Virus record (IMG/VR): IMGVR_UViG_3300042483_000388
Reading direction: 5' to 3' (one strand)
Origin: a virus
Lineage: Duplodnaviria; Caudoviricetes
DNA length: 64,000 nt
The position numbers and the translations under genes are program-made. This document shows, piece after piece, positions 10,002-20,392 of the stretch; within the stretch, counting starts at the first letter, position 1, and the number at the start of each line of letters is the position of its first letter. Below the pieces are notes generated by a model. The model had not been told where the DNA came from and did not search any database. It saw only the letters and a program-made list of their open reading frames with translations.

Positions 10002-12059
10002 ATGGTAGAAAATTGTTACATACTTTATCCTGTTAATGGTAATTCAGAACCAATAGTTTCAAACTATAGTGGTTTAACTGCATATACTTCAGGTTTTGCT
10101 TATATTGAAACTACTGGAATAACAAGTCCAAGTGGTTGTTTTTATGTTTTAAATATTGGTGAGATAGAATGTGTTCCAACAGAAGAAATAACAATTGATA
10201 GTGGGACAACTTGTTCTGGGTTATGTTATTGTTATTTTATAAAAACCCAATCTGAAAATACCGATGTTACATATGTTGATTGCGATAACAATATCGTTGT
10301 TCAAAGTCTAATATCCGGATTAACATATAATCTTTGTAGTAGAATATATCCCCAATTTGATTCGGAATCTAATATACCGTTAAAGGTAACCGACATATGT
10401 GAAAACAATCAATGTCCACCAACATTACCAACGGTAAAACCAACAAACGAATGTGATGTAATAACGTTGTTCCCAATGAAAATACAATGTTTAACACAAC
10501 AACCAACCAGCATATTTTCTTATGATGGAGCCACAACTCTTTTAATAACTGGTGGAACACCACCATATACAGTATTTTGGGAAGTAGGTAGTTATGCTCC
10601 GGCATTAACAAACTTAAGTGTTGGTAGTTATACCGCAACGGTAACGGATTATTATGGGGACTTCACCGAAGTTACGACCTGTGTGTTAACAGCAGAAACA
10701 ATAGTTTATTCTGCAATGTGTTTTGTGGTTTCAGGTATAGTTGAAGAGAATGTTGTTTATATAACATCACAACCACAAGGAGTGAGAAATGGTAAACCTT
10801 ATTACATTTTAACATATGGGGTAACTACTTTAGGGTATGTTATATGGCAACCACAATACGAATATTGGTCATTCTGTCAATCAATGGAATGTCAAAACGG
10901 AACCTTCTATTCTTATTTGTTAGATAATGGCGATTTATACCCATCAGGATCTACTTGGCAAGTTTCGGCCTCAACACTATATCAAATAACGGAATCTTAT
11001 GTCGGGCCTTGTGAGATACCTGTGGTTCCTACCGATTATGGACCATTATGTGTTTCATTAGTTATTAGGAGTAATGAACTTGGATACCTATCACAAGAAC
11101 TACAAATAGAGGTATTACCAACGAATGACCTTAATGGTCAACCAACTTGGACATCTCTTGATAGTCAATATTTCATGTATTGGAATACAGGATCAACACC
11201 AAACCAATGGACATTCACAGGATATCCCGGTACAAATATTAGTTTGGTTAATAATGATCCTTCAGCACCACCATTAAGTAATTGGGTAATTTATGGTACT
11301 GGTGAAGTATTACAAATGACAGTTTTGTCGGGAGAATGTTCAGTAAATCAATTAGTGACTGTTAGTGTGACAAAAAATAACGCTCTTTGTGAAAACGATG
11401 GGAGTATTTCTGTTAGTGCTATTGGAGGAACGGCCCCGTATCAATATTCAATAGATGGGGGAATAACCTATCAAACATCTCCAATATTTTTAAATTTAGC
11501 ACCAGGATATTATGACGTATTTGTTAAGGATTCTAATAATGTTGTAGGTAGTACAACGACAATACAAATTACCTCAACACCATCAACGACATATTTCCTA
11601 ACATTATCGGTAAATACGATAAATGATACATTTGTGGTTACGGCACCGACATTACCGGCAGGTGTTACGATATCATTCAATTTGAATATGACATCAAACT
11701 TTAGTTATTATCCAACAACATTAAGTCCAGCCCCAACATATAATAACATAACAACAATAGATGGTTATGGAGTAATGACACTTTATAATACAACAAGTAG
11801 TGTGATACCATTATCGGGACCTTGTACCGCGGATGGACCAATTAACATAGCACAACAAAACCTACAATACCTTAATAATTTAACAATAGGAAGTAATCAA
11901 ACAATAACAGGATTTACAACAAATCAAATAATAAACGACCCAACAGGATATTGTGAAGATGCGATTCCTAATTACCAATTATATATCAGTAATGCCGTAA
12001 TAAATAATTGTAAGTGTTGTAAAATAAAATTTATAAACCCTGTTCCAACAAAAAATTAA
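10002..12059 (+). CDS. Cys-rich tail fibre-like protein with SprB-type repeats
   Basis: GGTPPYTVFW..NLSVGSYTATVTD and GGTAPYQYSIDGG...NLAPGYYDVFVKDS; TATTTAT upstream. Confidence 0.6.
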   Translation: MVENCYILYPVNGNSEPIVSNYSGLTAYTSGFAYIETTGITSPSGCFYVLNIGEIECVPTEEITIDSGTTCSGLCYCYFIKTQSENTDVTYVDCDNNIVVQSLISGLTYNLCSRIYPQFDSESNIPLKVTDICENNQCPPTLPTVKPTNECDVITLFPMKIQCLTQQPTSIFSYDGATTLLITGGTPPYTVFWEVGSYAPALTNLSVGSYTATVTDYYGDFTEVTTCVLTAETIVYSAMCFVVSGIVEENVVYITSQPQGVRNGKPYYILTYGVTTLGYVIWQPQYEYWSFCQSMECQNGTFYSYLLDNGDLYPSGSTWQVSASTLYQITESYVGPCEIPVVPTDYGPLCVSLVIRSNELGYLSQELQIEVLPTNDLNGQPTWTSLDSQYFMYWNTGSTPNQWTFTGYPGTNISLVNNDPSAPPLSNWVIYGTGEVLQMTVLSGECSVNQLVTVSVTKNNALCENDGSISVSAIGGTAPYQYSIDGGITYQTSPIFLNLAPGYYDVFVKDSNNVVGSTTTIQITSTPSTTYFLTLSVNTINDTFVVTAPTLPAGVTISFNLNMTSNFSYYPTTLSPAPTYNNITTIDGYGVMTLYNTTSSVIPLSGPCTADGPINIAQQNLQYLNNLTIGSNQTITGFTTNQIINDPTGYCEDAIPNYQLYISNAVINNCKCCKIKFINPVPTKN

Positions 12060-12082
12060 ATAAAACAATATTTATCATTTAA

Positions 12083-14581
12083 ATGGCATACATACTTAAA
12101 AATACGTCGGGGTTAGTAAATACTAGAGTTACTGATACAGGTAGACAAAGATTATCTGAGGGTAAATTTAATATCGTATATTTTACCATTGGTGATAGTG
12201 AAGTTTCATATAATGAATTACCTACCACTTATAATCAAACAAATAGCTTGATTTTAGAACCACAATTTAACGCTCAAAATTCATCTGGAGTTCCTGAATC
12301 AAATAGACAATATGTTAAGTATCCATATTTGGTTGATGAAGGGCAGACTAACATATTTGGAATACCATTTATGGATTCCACCGTAGATCCCGTTTATAAC
12401 AGAGCCGCAATGAGAGGATTTTTCTCTGGCATTACTTCAGCGTCGACAATAGAATGGAAAGCGTTAGTTAATAACCAATATGTTACAACACCAAATTATG
12501 TTGTTAGAATGTCGTCATTAATTGGTATAAATGAAATAAATGTAGAAAGACTTGATTGTAATTCACAAAATAACAATACACCACAAGTTGGTGATTTTAT
12601 AACGATATACTATGATGGTAGAGCAACAACAAACTGTAGTTGTGTTAATTTGCCAACACCAACACCAACACCATCTGTAAGTAATTCACCAACCGTTACG
12701 TTAACACCGACACCGTCATCAACAGACCCTTGTTCTTCGGCAACACCAACACCAACACCAACTCAAACACCTTGTTTTACTCCAACACCAAGTGCTCAGT
12801 GTCCATTACCGCCACCACCTGACTGTAATATGGAGGTTTATAGTTGTTTTTCTATTTTAACTTATAAAATTATTGCAGTTTGTGAGAATAAACTTACGTT
12901 AGATAGAAATACACCAGATTTTAGTGACTTATCTTCCGATTGTTTAGCAAGAACTTTAATATATCCGGCCCAAATGGTTCCATTTTATGATAGTTTCACA
13001 CCTGAACCACATTGGGATAGAAATGTAATTGATTTTGAATCTATTTGTGATACGGATCAGTTTGATGTTAAAGTTTGGAATATGAACATTCCTTGGACTG
13101 AAAATCCAGCAGGACTTTTCCCAACTCAATTTAATGGGTATGATAAATTTGGGTCAATAAATTATATTGGAACAAAAGAGTATCTTGGATATAATTCATC
13201 TAATGGTCAAACATCGACAGATGATGTTTATTATTATAATTCTTTTGGTGAAAAAATGGTTGTAACCGCTGAAGAACAAAAGGCAATATCAATCATACAT
13301 TATACAAATCAGACTATTGATTTTTTCTATGGTGAGAAATTTGCTTTAGAACCTTATGATAGTGCAAATCCTGAAAATACTCAAGGACAAGCAAGAAACT
13401 TTAAACTACACATACCAACTTTAATGTGGCATAAAAATCCACAATGTTGTTTTGGTCAAACATTTTGGGTAGACCCTCCAGGGTTTGAAGGTAAAGATCT
13501 ATTCAAAGTTCAATATACAAAATCAAAAATAGATCAGGATATGAATCAGCCTGGTTTAAGATACTATAATTTATGGGATACATTTTCACAACCAAACGGA
13601 CTCCCAAGTAGAATAGGAAAGGTATATCCTGACTCAAAAATGGTGGTTATTGATGATGAGGAAATTGTTGCAGCACTTTCATATAAGGCAAATAGAAATT
13701 GGACATTACCGGCGCCACAAGTTTCATTAATAACTCCAAACACATTTGGGACATCAAATTCGACCGGAATTTTAACTGGTGTTGGAGAAACTCTTTGGGT
13801 AACATATCGACTATCAAATAACACAACATTTACAAACTCACTTCATAGTAATTATTATTCTTATGTTGTGGGGAACGATCGTGTTTGTGGTCCCGATAGC
13901 CCTAAAAATGTAGCGGTTAGATTTGGAGGTGATTTCCCTTGTTTAGTTCAACCAGGATATTCGCCAACAACAACAACGACAACTTATAACCCTACAACAA
14001 CAACGACAACAACCATACCTTATACAACGACAACCACAACAGTATGTCAAGTGTGTACAGTACCAGCAGGATTTTATGCTACTGAGTTCCAAGTGTTAGC
14101 TCAAAAAGTGATAACAGGATTAAGACCAGACCCAACACAATGGAGATCTATTGATTTTACGAGTCAGGCAAGTCAATACTCAATAAATGGGTATTTAACC
14201 CAAGAATCTTTAACAGCAACAACATTTGTTATAACCGCCGAAAATTATGCGGCAGCACCCTACTACAACTTAAATGATTACATCGATTTAGTACCAATTA
14301 ACCAAACAGGTCAAGTTTTAAATTTTGGTGATGAATATTATTTTTATGGAAATTTAGAGACAGATATTCAAGCCACAATTTATGAAATGAAATATAAGAT
14401 CAATTTAAGTGAATCTGAGTTCTTAATTTCACAAAACCCAAGTTGGACTAAAGGGACTAAATCATATGTTAGTGAGATATCGTTAATGGATGAGAATAAG
14501 GATATTCTTGTCATTTCTAAACTACAATCACCAGTGTTGAGACAGGGAATACAACAGTATATAGTAAAGTTAGATTTCTAA
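12083..14581 (+). CDS. Large virion structural (tail/baseplate) protein with PT-rich and poly-Thr linkers
   Basis: PTPTP and TTTTT tracts; C-terminal ISLMDENKDILVISKLQSPV motif of the kind seen in large-phage structural proteins. Confidence 0.6.
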   Translation: MAYILKNTSGLVNTRVTDTGRQRLSEGKFNIVYFTIGDSEVSYNELPTTYNQTNSLILEPQFNAQNSSGVPESNRQYVKYPYLVDEGQTNIFGIPFMDSTVDPVYNRAAMRGFFSGITSASTIEWKALVNNQYVTTPNYVVRMSSLIGINEINVERLDCNSQNNNTPQVGDFITIYYDGRATTNCSCVNLPTPTPTPSVSNSPTVTLTPTPSSTDPCSSATPTPTPTQTPCFTPTPSAQCPLPPPPDCNMEVYSCFSILTYKIIAVCENKLTLDRNTPDFSDLSSDCLARTLIYPAQMVPFYDSFTPEPHWDRNVIDFESICDTDQFDVKVWNMNIPWTENPAGLFPTQFNGYDKFGSINYIGTKEYLGYNSSNGQTSTDDVYYYNSFGEKMVVTAEEQKAISIIHYTNQTIDFFYGEKFALEPYDSANPENTQGQARNFKLHIPTLMWHKNPQCCFGQTFWVDPPGFEGKDLFKVQYTKSKIDQDMNQPGLRYYNLWDTFSQPNGLPSRIGKVYPDSKMVVIDDEEIVAALSYKANRNWTLPAPQVSLITPNTFGTSNSTGILTGVGETLWVTYRLSNNTTFTNSLHSNYYSYVVGNDRVCGPDSPKNVAVRFGGDFPCLVQPGYSPTTTTTTYNPTTTTTTTIPYTTTTTTVCQVCTVPAGFYATEFQVLAQKVITGLRPDPTQWRSIDFTSQASQYSINGYLTQESLTATTFVITAENYAAAPYYNLNDYIDLVPINQTGQVLNFGDEYYFYGNLETDIQATIYEMKYKINLSESEFLISQNPSWTKGTKSYVSEISLMDENKDILVISKLQSPVLRQGIQQYIVKLDF

Positions 14582-14633
14582 AAACTACAATTTTTATATT
14601 TTATTCTTATAATATTTAAAAGACATTTTTTAT

Positions 14634-15239
14634 ATGACAAAAAATTTGAAGAATTCACCCAAAGTATTGGGGTTAGATGTATCAACCCGAACCATTGGAT
14701 GGGCTTTATTTGATATTATGAGTCAAGAACTTTTAGAGTTAACACATATTTCCCCACGACCTAAAATAGATAAAGATGAGGACAAATTAAAAGAATTACT
14801 TTTAAAGTCCGAAATATTTGCCGATAAATTAAAAGAATATAAGGATTTAGGTATTGTTAGAGTTATTATAGAAGAACCACTAATAAATTCTAACAATGTT
14901 TATACAGTTCAAACACTATTAAGATTTAATAGTTTTGTATTTAAAGAAATATATAATATATTAGGAATAATACCCGAATTCATTTCTACATATAACTCAA
15001 GAAAATTTGCGTTTCCAGAATTAGTTCAAGAGAACGATAAAAAGAAATTTGTGTTGTTTGGTGGATTACCTAAAGATGTTGATAAAAAAACAATTATTTG
15101 GGATAAGGTAGCTAAAAGAGAACCACAAATAAAATGGTTATACACAAAAAATAATACTTTAAAGAAAGAAAATTTTGACCAAACAGATGCTTATGCTTGT
15201 GTTTTAGGATTTATGAGGTTAAAAGAAGTGTGGAAGTAA
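14634..15239 (+). CDS. ruvC: RuvC-like Holliday junction resolvase
   Basis: RNase H-fold acidic triad: LGLDVSTRTIGWA, IIEEP, DQTDAYA; 201 aa. Confidence 0.75.
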   Translation: MTKNLKNSPKVLGLDVSTRTIGWALFDIMSQELLELTHISPRPKIDKDEDKLKELLLKSEIFADKLKEYKDLGIVRVIIEEPLINSNNVYTVQTLLRFNSFVFKEIYNILGIIPEFISTYNSRKFAFPELVQENDKKKFVLFGGLPKDVDKKTIIWDKVAKREPQIKWLYTKNNTLKKENFDQTDAYACVLGFMRLKEVWK

Positions 15240-15265
15240 TATAATTTAAAATACTCATAGTTATT

Positions 15266-15296
15266 AATATCGACCTTACAGTCGATATTTTTTTTT
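15266..15296. terminator. Intrinsic terminator between convergent genes
   Basis: AATATCGAC-cttaca-GTCGATATT followed by a T run. Confidence 0.85.
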
Positions 15297-16566
15297 AACA
15301 TACATTTTGTAAGTTAATTGCCGTGAAACTTAATGAAGGTGATGTTGGTATTGTTGTTGAACAAACAATAAAGTTTGTGTCCGCAGCTAAATTTGCCGAT
15401 ATTGAATTACCTAAACAATTTGTATAGCTGTACTTAATACTTGAAGGGCCAATATTTGTTACCCTATATTCTAATGATACGCAAGGGGATGGTGATGGGG
15501 TTGGTGTCGGTGTTGGTGTTGGTGTTGGAGAAGGGGTTGGACTAATTCCTGGATCACAATTAAGGCAAGATCCATCCGTTACAGGACCAATTTCAGTTAT
15601 TAACTCAATAACGTCAACACCACTAATATTCTCAAACAATCCTTGATAAATTGCACAATGACTTTGACCATTAATATTCATTTTATATACATAACCTTCT
15701 TTTGGTGTATTACCAAGTGGATCTAAAACAATATCCGAAGTATAATAATCAATACCTGTAAAACAATCTTTAAATAGTTTACTATTAGCACATTGTAATA
15801 CCTCACTAAATGAGTTGAAAATCACCTCACCCGAAAAAGAACATGGTCTTGTCACTTCTGGTGATGGTGAAGGTGTTGGTGTTTGAGTGGGTGAAGGTGT
15901 TGGGGTAATGCCTGTTACTGAAACACTCATTGATACTCCACCACAAATATTAGACACTGTTGGGGTTGGAGTCGGTGTAGGTGTTTGAGATGGTGATGGT
16001 GTTAGACTTGGTGTTGGCGTAACCAAACAATCAAAAATAGCCTCAAAATCAAAATTTTCACAAGCTGAGGTTGTTGTGGTTGTTGTTATACATATACCGG
16101 AATACATAACAGTGTCGTCAAAATCGGGACATTCGGAAGTGCTACCATAAGGACCAAATTGATCGCAAGGATTGCTAAGAGTTTGTGATAAGCACCACCT
16201 TGTTTCTCCTGATGAATAGTAAATAACGAATCCTGTTGTTTGTCCTGTGAAATAAGAATTGACATCATAAATTCCAGCATATTGGTAAGTATCATTATAG
16301 GTATCATCATTTTGAATACAATAAAATTGGGTGCACTCGCATGCTTCTATAAATTCGATCTTACCAGTTAAATCAGTCCCATATTTGGTTAAACCATCTG
16401 AAAAAGTTGAGGATGTCAACTCAGTTCCTGTGGTACAAGCAACGCTAGAATAAACTACTGTTCCTGATAACAAATCATTACCGTACAAGGTAGTTGTTAG
16501 TGCCGAAAAACACAGATTAACAAAATCAGTCCCAATCGAATAAATACCCAAATTATTACAAGCCAT
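15295..16566 (-). CDS. Cys-rich virion protein with three PT-rich linkers
   Basis: Repeated PTPSPTPTP tracts, poly-Thr and many Cys; same style as the ORFs at 8472 and 12083. Confidence 0.7.
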   Translation of the reverse strand: MACNNLGIYSIGTDFVNLCFSALTTTLYGNDLLSGTVVYSSVACTTGTELTSSTFSDGLTKYGTDLTGKIEFIEACECTQFYCIQNDDTYNDTYQYAGIYDVNSYFTGQTTGFVIYYSSGETRWCLSQTLSNPCDQFGPYGSTSECPDFDDTVMYSGICITTTTTTSACENFDFEAIFDCLVTPTPSLTPSPSQTPTPTPTPTVSNICGGVSMSVSVTGITPTPSPTQTPTPSPSPEVTRPCSFSGEVIFNSFSEVLQCANSKLFKDCFTGIDYYTSDIVLDPLGNTPKEGYVYKMNINGQSHCAIYQGLFENISGVDVIELITEIGPVTDGSCLNCDPGISPTPSPTPTPTPTPTPSPSPCVSLEYRVTNIGPSSIKYSYTNCLGNSISANLAADTNFIVCSTTIPTSPSLSFTAINLQNVC

Positions 16567-16567
16567 A

Positions 16568-16786
16568 TTAACTAAAAGTTTCTGTTACCACACAATCATT
16601 ATCGTCCACAACTTTCACCTCAAAAAACAACATTCCATTAAAAATTTGAGGTAAATCAAAAACATATGGAATATCGCCACTATCAATAGTTGCGATATAA
16701 ATACAAGTGGTAAAACCTGTATCGCAAGTGTATACGTCAAATGGAGTTGCCCCTGAGAGTCCGTTTATTGTTATTTGTGTTGGCAT
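16568..16786 (-). CDS. Small structural-type protein (MPTQITI...)
   Basis: Similar in style to the N-terminal domain of the 8472 ORF (ITI..SG.TP..Y.C); TATTTAT 7 nt upstream of this ATG. Confidence 0.6.
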   Translation of the reverse strand: MPTQITINGLSGATPFDVYTCDTGFTTCIYIATIDSGDIPYVFDLPQIFNGMLFFEVKVVDDNDCVVTETFS

Positions 16787-16861
16787 ATCAGTAATAAATA
16801 TAAAAGAAACCAAAAGTTTGTGTAGTTGATGTATTGAAACTTTATGATTATATTATAGGAG

Positions 16862-17761
16862 ATGGACGAGTTTGATACTATTGTTGAAATTATTAGTGAA
16901 TTTTTGGGTGAACCAAAAAAAGTTTATGAGAACACTTCACAGGTGTCTTGGGATTGTCCCGTGTGTGATGAAGGCGCAAATAAAGGTAATTTAGAGGTTA
17001 ATATAGAAAAGTCAGTCTTTCACTGCTGGAGTTGTGGTGACTATGAGGGAACTCACGGGTCTTTGGGTAAGTTATTTGACAAATTTGGTAATAAGAAACA
17101 AAAAAAATTATATCAGGTATTAAAACCTGAAACCATAGTAAAAAGAGAGAGAAAGAAAAAAACATTAAAACTCCCAGACGGGTTTACCCTATTCAAAGAC
17201 TCAAGTAAGGTTTATCCGATTAGAAGACAGGCAATGAATTACCTTAAAGATAGGGGAGTTACTGATGAGATGATAGAAAGACGTGGTATTGGTTTTTGTG
17301 ATAAGGGAGACCATTCAGGAAGAATCATCATACCATCCTTTAATAATGATGGAGTTTTAAATTATTATATTTCAAGGAGTTGGAACCCAATGAGTAAGGC
17401 TAAATACAAAAACCCCCAAGATGAAAAAGATAAGATTATATTTTGGGAAAACTTAATTGATTGGAATAAAGACATTTATTTGGTAGAAGGTGCTTTTGAT
17501 GGATTGTTTTTAGATAACTCAATACCAATGTTAGGTAAGCATATGTCAGAACTATTGTTTGAAACCATATATACAAAGGCTAAGGGTGATATTATACTAT
17601 GTCTTGACGCCGATGCATGGGAAAACTCCGTTAAACTATATCACGAATTAAATGGTGGTGAATTATGGGGACGGATTAAATTAATAAAACTACCTGACGA
17701 TTCCGACATTGCCGATTTAAGGGGTGAGATAAAAGATGAATATTACCATATTATACGATGA
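16862..17761 (+). CDS. DNA primase (Zn finger + TOPRIM)
   Basis: CPVC...HCWSC zinc finger; YLVEGAFD and CLDADA TOPRIM motifs. Confidence 0.9.
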   Translation: MDEFDTIVEIISEFLGEPKKVYENTSQVSWDCPVCDEGANKGNLEVNIEKSVFHCWSCGDYEGTHGSLGKLFDKFGNKKQKKLYQVLKPETIVKRERKKKTLKLPDGFTLFKDSSKVYPIRRQAMNYLKDRGVTDEMIERRGIGFCDKGDHSGRIIIPSFNNDGVLNYYISRSWNPMSKAKYKNPQDEKDKIIFWENLIDWNKDIYLVEGAFDGLFLDNSIPMLGKHMSELLFETIYTKAKGDIILCLDADAWENSVKLYHELNGGELWGRIKLIKLPDDSDIADLRGEIKDEYYHIIR

Positions 17762-18618
17762 TTAAATTAAAAAATGCTGCAACTGAAATATTAGATATTT
17801 TAGAAAAAACAAGACAACAACTTGAACTTACATTTGTTGAGGATACACACACTTATACAATGAGAGATTCTCAAGGAGAATTAAGAAGTGATTGGCCATC
17901 AGTAAGTAAGATAATGAAGTTATTTTACACAGAATTTGATTCGGAAGGTATATCTCTTAAAAAGGCTAAAGGTGATCCCGACATTCAACAACAATTATTA
18001 GAGGAATGGAAGGCAGCCGCAGATTATTCAATAAATGTTGGAAGTAGAACCCACTTTTTTTTAGAAAAGAAATCATTGGAGATGTTTGGGTTAGATAAAG
18101 AAGTTAGACAACCTGAGTTCCATTGTGATTTTGATCAGATATTACGTAGTGATTCTATGGTGTCTGCCGGAATCAACTTTTTAGAAATAATGAAAGAACG
18201 TGGTGCCTTATTATTAGATACTGAATTAATTCTTGGTGATAATGAATTTGGTTATACAGGAGCTCCCGATAAAGTGTGGTTAATTGAGAATAAAGATAAA
18301 ACAGAAATAGGGTTAATAGTGACAGACTGGAAATCAAATAAACCGAAGAACTTTGAAGCAGGTTATTTTACCAAAAAAATGAAATATCCCTTCCATAAGT
18401 TGGACGACACAGCCTTAGGGCATTACTCAACACAACTCCCTTTCTATGGTAAGTTATTACTTAAAATGTTACAAGGCACCAAATATGAAAATATTAAAGT
18501 ATATGGTTGTATTATTGTTTTGATTAAAGATGATGGGACATTTGAGGAGTTTAGAATATCCAAGGAAGTTCAAAACACAATTTTTGAAATGGATATGAAA
18601 AAATACTTGAAAAAATAA
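17758..18618 (+). CDS. PD-(D/E)XK family exonuclease
   Basis: GSRTHFFLE, GAPDKVW, VTDWKSNK and QLPFY motifs; no four-Cys Fe-S set. Confidence 0.75.
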   Translation: MIKLKNAATEILDILEKTRQQLELTFVEDTHTYTMRDSQGELRSDWPSVSKIMKLFYTEFDSEGISLKKAKGDPDIQQQLLEEWKAAADYSINVGSRTHFFLEKKSLEMFGLDKEVRQPEFHCDFDQILRSDSMVSAGINFLEIMKERGALLLDTELILGDNEFGYTGAPDKVWLIENKDKTEIGLIVTDWKSNKPKNFEAGYFTKKMKYPFHKLDDTALGHYSTQLPFYGKLLLKMLQGTKYENIKVYGCIIVLIKDDGTFEEFRISKEVQNTIFEMDMKKYLKK

Positions 18619-18734
18619 AAAATATTAGTTATATTTTATTATGGAAAATAATATAACACTAACGTGGGTATACACCACAACTTGGGACAGTAATTTCCCA
18701 AAAGGATTAACAATAAATTATATAATAAAATAAA

Positions 18735-18953
18735 ATGAACGACGAAATCATAAGACCAAAAATTAACTTGAAAGAACAAAAAACGATCAAGTGTGAAAAA
18801 TGCGAATCAAAATACTTTAAAGAAGTAACAATGTTAAAAAAAGTTCCTAAATTATTAACGGGAAGTCAAGAAGATACGATTGTCCCATTCCCAACTTATA
18901 TGTGTAATGAGTGTGGACATGTGAATATGGACTTTGAATTATTTATTGACTAA
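18735..18953 (+). CDS. Small zinc-ribbon protein
   Basis: CEKC and CNECGH pairs. Confidence 0.7.
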   Translation: MNDEIIRPKINLKEQKTIKCEKCESKYFKEVTMLKKVPKLLTGSQEDTIVPFPTYMCNECGHVNMDFELFID

Positions 18954-19099
18954 TGGAACTAAGTAAAATGACAATTAGCCAGGCGTATCCACATCTTAAA
19001 AATGTGGCGTTGGCGTATGGTTTAAATTTAAACAGGGTTAAGGATTTTAAGTTTGCTAGACTTATTTTGGTCAATCTTTATAATAGAGAATTATGTTAA
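18953..19099 (+). CDS. Small hypothetical protein, 48 aa (not in the ORF track)
   Basis: MELSKMTISQAYPHLK...; overlaps both neighbours in operon fashion. Confidence 0.55.
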   Translation: MELSKMTISQAYPHLKNVALAYGLNLNRVKDFKFARLILVNLYNRELC

Positions 19100-19338
19100 C
19101 ATACAAAGAATTTTATATTTGGTTAGATGGTTATTTAACTAATAAATTGGAAAATAAAGTTATAGATATTGCACCTATAGTTGAAAAAATGAATCAGGTT
19201 GATGAAAAAGAATGGGAATCGGTTAAAATTACGCCATTTGAAAGAATACCAATACCAATTAACCCTTTTCCAAATAAAGACCCATATTTACCTCCATTTG
19301 AAGTGTATTGTGGGGATAAAACACAATTAAATGACTAA
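19093..19338 (+). CDS. Hypothetical protein
   Basis: Operon-coupled ORF. Confidence 0.6.
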   Translation: MLTYKEFYIWLDGYLTNKLENKVIDIAPIVEKMNQVDEKEWESVKITPFERIPIPINPFPNKDPYLPPFEVYCGDKTQLND

Positions 19339-19612
19339 GATTATGAAAAAAAGAACACTTAATGAGTTAAGACAAGAAAAAGAATTTGGTTACAAACCAC
19401 CGTTAAAGGATAAATACGTAAGCTCAGAAATTAATGAGATGTTAATAGCCCAACAAATTAAAATCTCATTAGAAAATTCTAACTTAAATGTTGTTGTGAC
19501 TCCAATGATGTATAGTCCTGATGATTTTACACCTGTATTAGGTGTGTTAGTAAAAAACGAGGATTATAGTTATACTAGAAAATACACAATAACGGTTAAA
19601 CCGAACAATTAA
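19331..19612 (+). CDS. Hypothetical protein
   Basis: Operon-coupled ORF. Confidence 0.6.
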   Translation: MTKIMKKRTLNELRQEKEFGYKPPLKDKYVSSEINEMLIAQQIKISLENSNLNVVVTPMMYSPDDFTPVLGVLVKNEDYSYTRKYTITVKPNN

Positions 19613-20392
19613 ATGATTAAAACTTTAGTTCACTTTTCTGATTTACATATCAGATTATATAAAGATCACGATTTATACCGCTCAATATTAGAGACGGCAA
19701 TTGGTCAATGGAAAGAATTAGAACCTGATCGTATTATTTTTACGGGAGATTTAGTTCATTCTAAAAACCAAATGACACCTGAACTTATTGAGTTCGTTGC
19801 TTGGATTTTAACTGAATGTTCTAAAATTGCTAAAACAATTATTATACCTGGTAATCACGACTTTTTGGTAAACAATACTGAAAGATTGGACGCACTTACT
19901 CCTATTATTAATTCTTTGAATAATAAGGATATTGTATACTACCGAGATAGAGGTGTGTATGAAGATGAGAACATTAGTTGGTGTGTATACTCACAATACC
20001 AAGGAAATATTCCACCAGATATTATTGATGGTAAGGGAAGAAAGATTGGTTTATTTCATGGACCTATTTCAGGTTTAAAAACAGATCTTGGATTTGAGTT
20101 TGGTGAGGAGGCGTATGAGATTGAAAAGTTTGATGGGTTAGAAACCGTTTTATGTGGTGACATTCACAAACGAGCTGAGTTCCAAATTAAGGACGGTAAA
20201 GGTTATATGATTGGATCAACCATTCAAAACAACATTGGTGAAAGTATAGGTAGACACGGTTATGGTATATATGAAGTTGAAACAAAGGAGTATGGGTATG
20301 TTGATCTACCAAACCCAAAACCGTTTTTAAAGTTTACCATAAAATCTTTTGAAGACATTGAAAATGGAACTGAATTACTCAAAAATCTTTAA
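19613..20392 (+). CDS. Mre11/SbcD-like metallophosphoesterase nuclease (T4 gp47-like)
   Basis: FSDLH, FTGDLVH, PGNHD, LFHG and CGDIH motifs. Confidence 0.85.
   Translation: MIKTLVHFSDLHIRLYKDHDLYRSILETAIGQWKELEPDRIIFTGDLVHSKNQMTPELIEFVAWILTECSKIAKTIIIPGNHDFLVNNTERLDALTPIINSLNNKDIVYYRDRGVYEDENISWCVYSQYQGNIPPDIIDGKGRKIGLFHGPISGLKTDLGFEFGEEAYEIEKFDGLETVLCGDIHKRAEFQIKDGKGYMIGSTIQNNIGESIGRHGYGIYEVETKEYGYVDLPNPKPFLKFTIKSFEDIENGTELLKNL

Noticed and set aside
14634-15239. Cas9/TnpB-like effector (LGLDVSTRTIGWA resembles the Cas9 RuvC-I motif)
   Set aside because: It is only 201 aa, with a contiguous RuvC triad and no bridge helix, HNH, Zn finger or adjacent array or ncRNA. It fits a stand-alone phage resolvase.
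17758-18618. Cas4-like nuclease that could feed the array
   Set aside because: It has the PD-(D/E)XK core but lacks the four Fe-S cysteines of Cas4, and it sits with the primase in the replication block.
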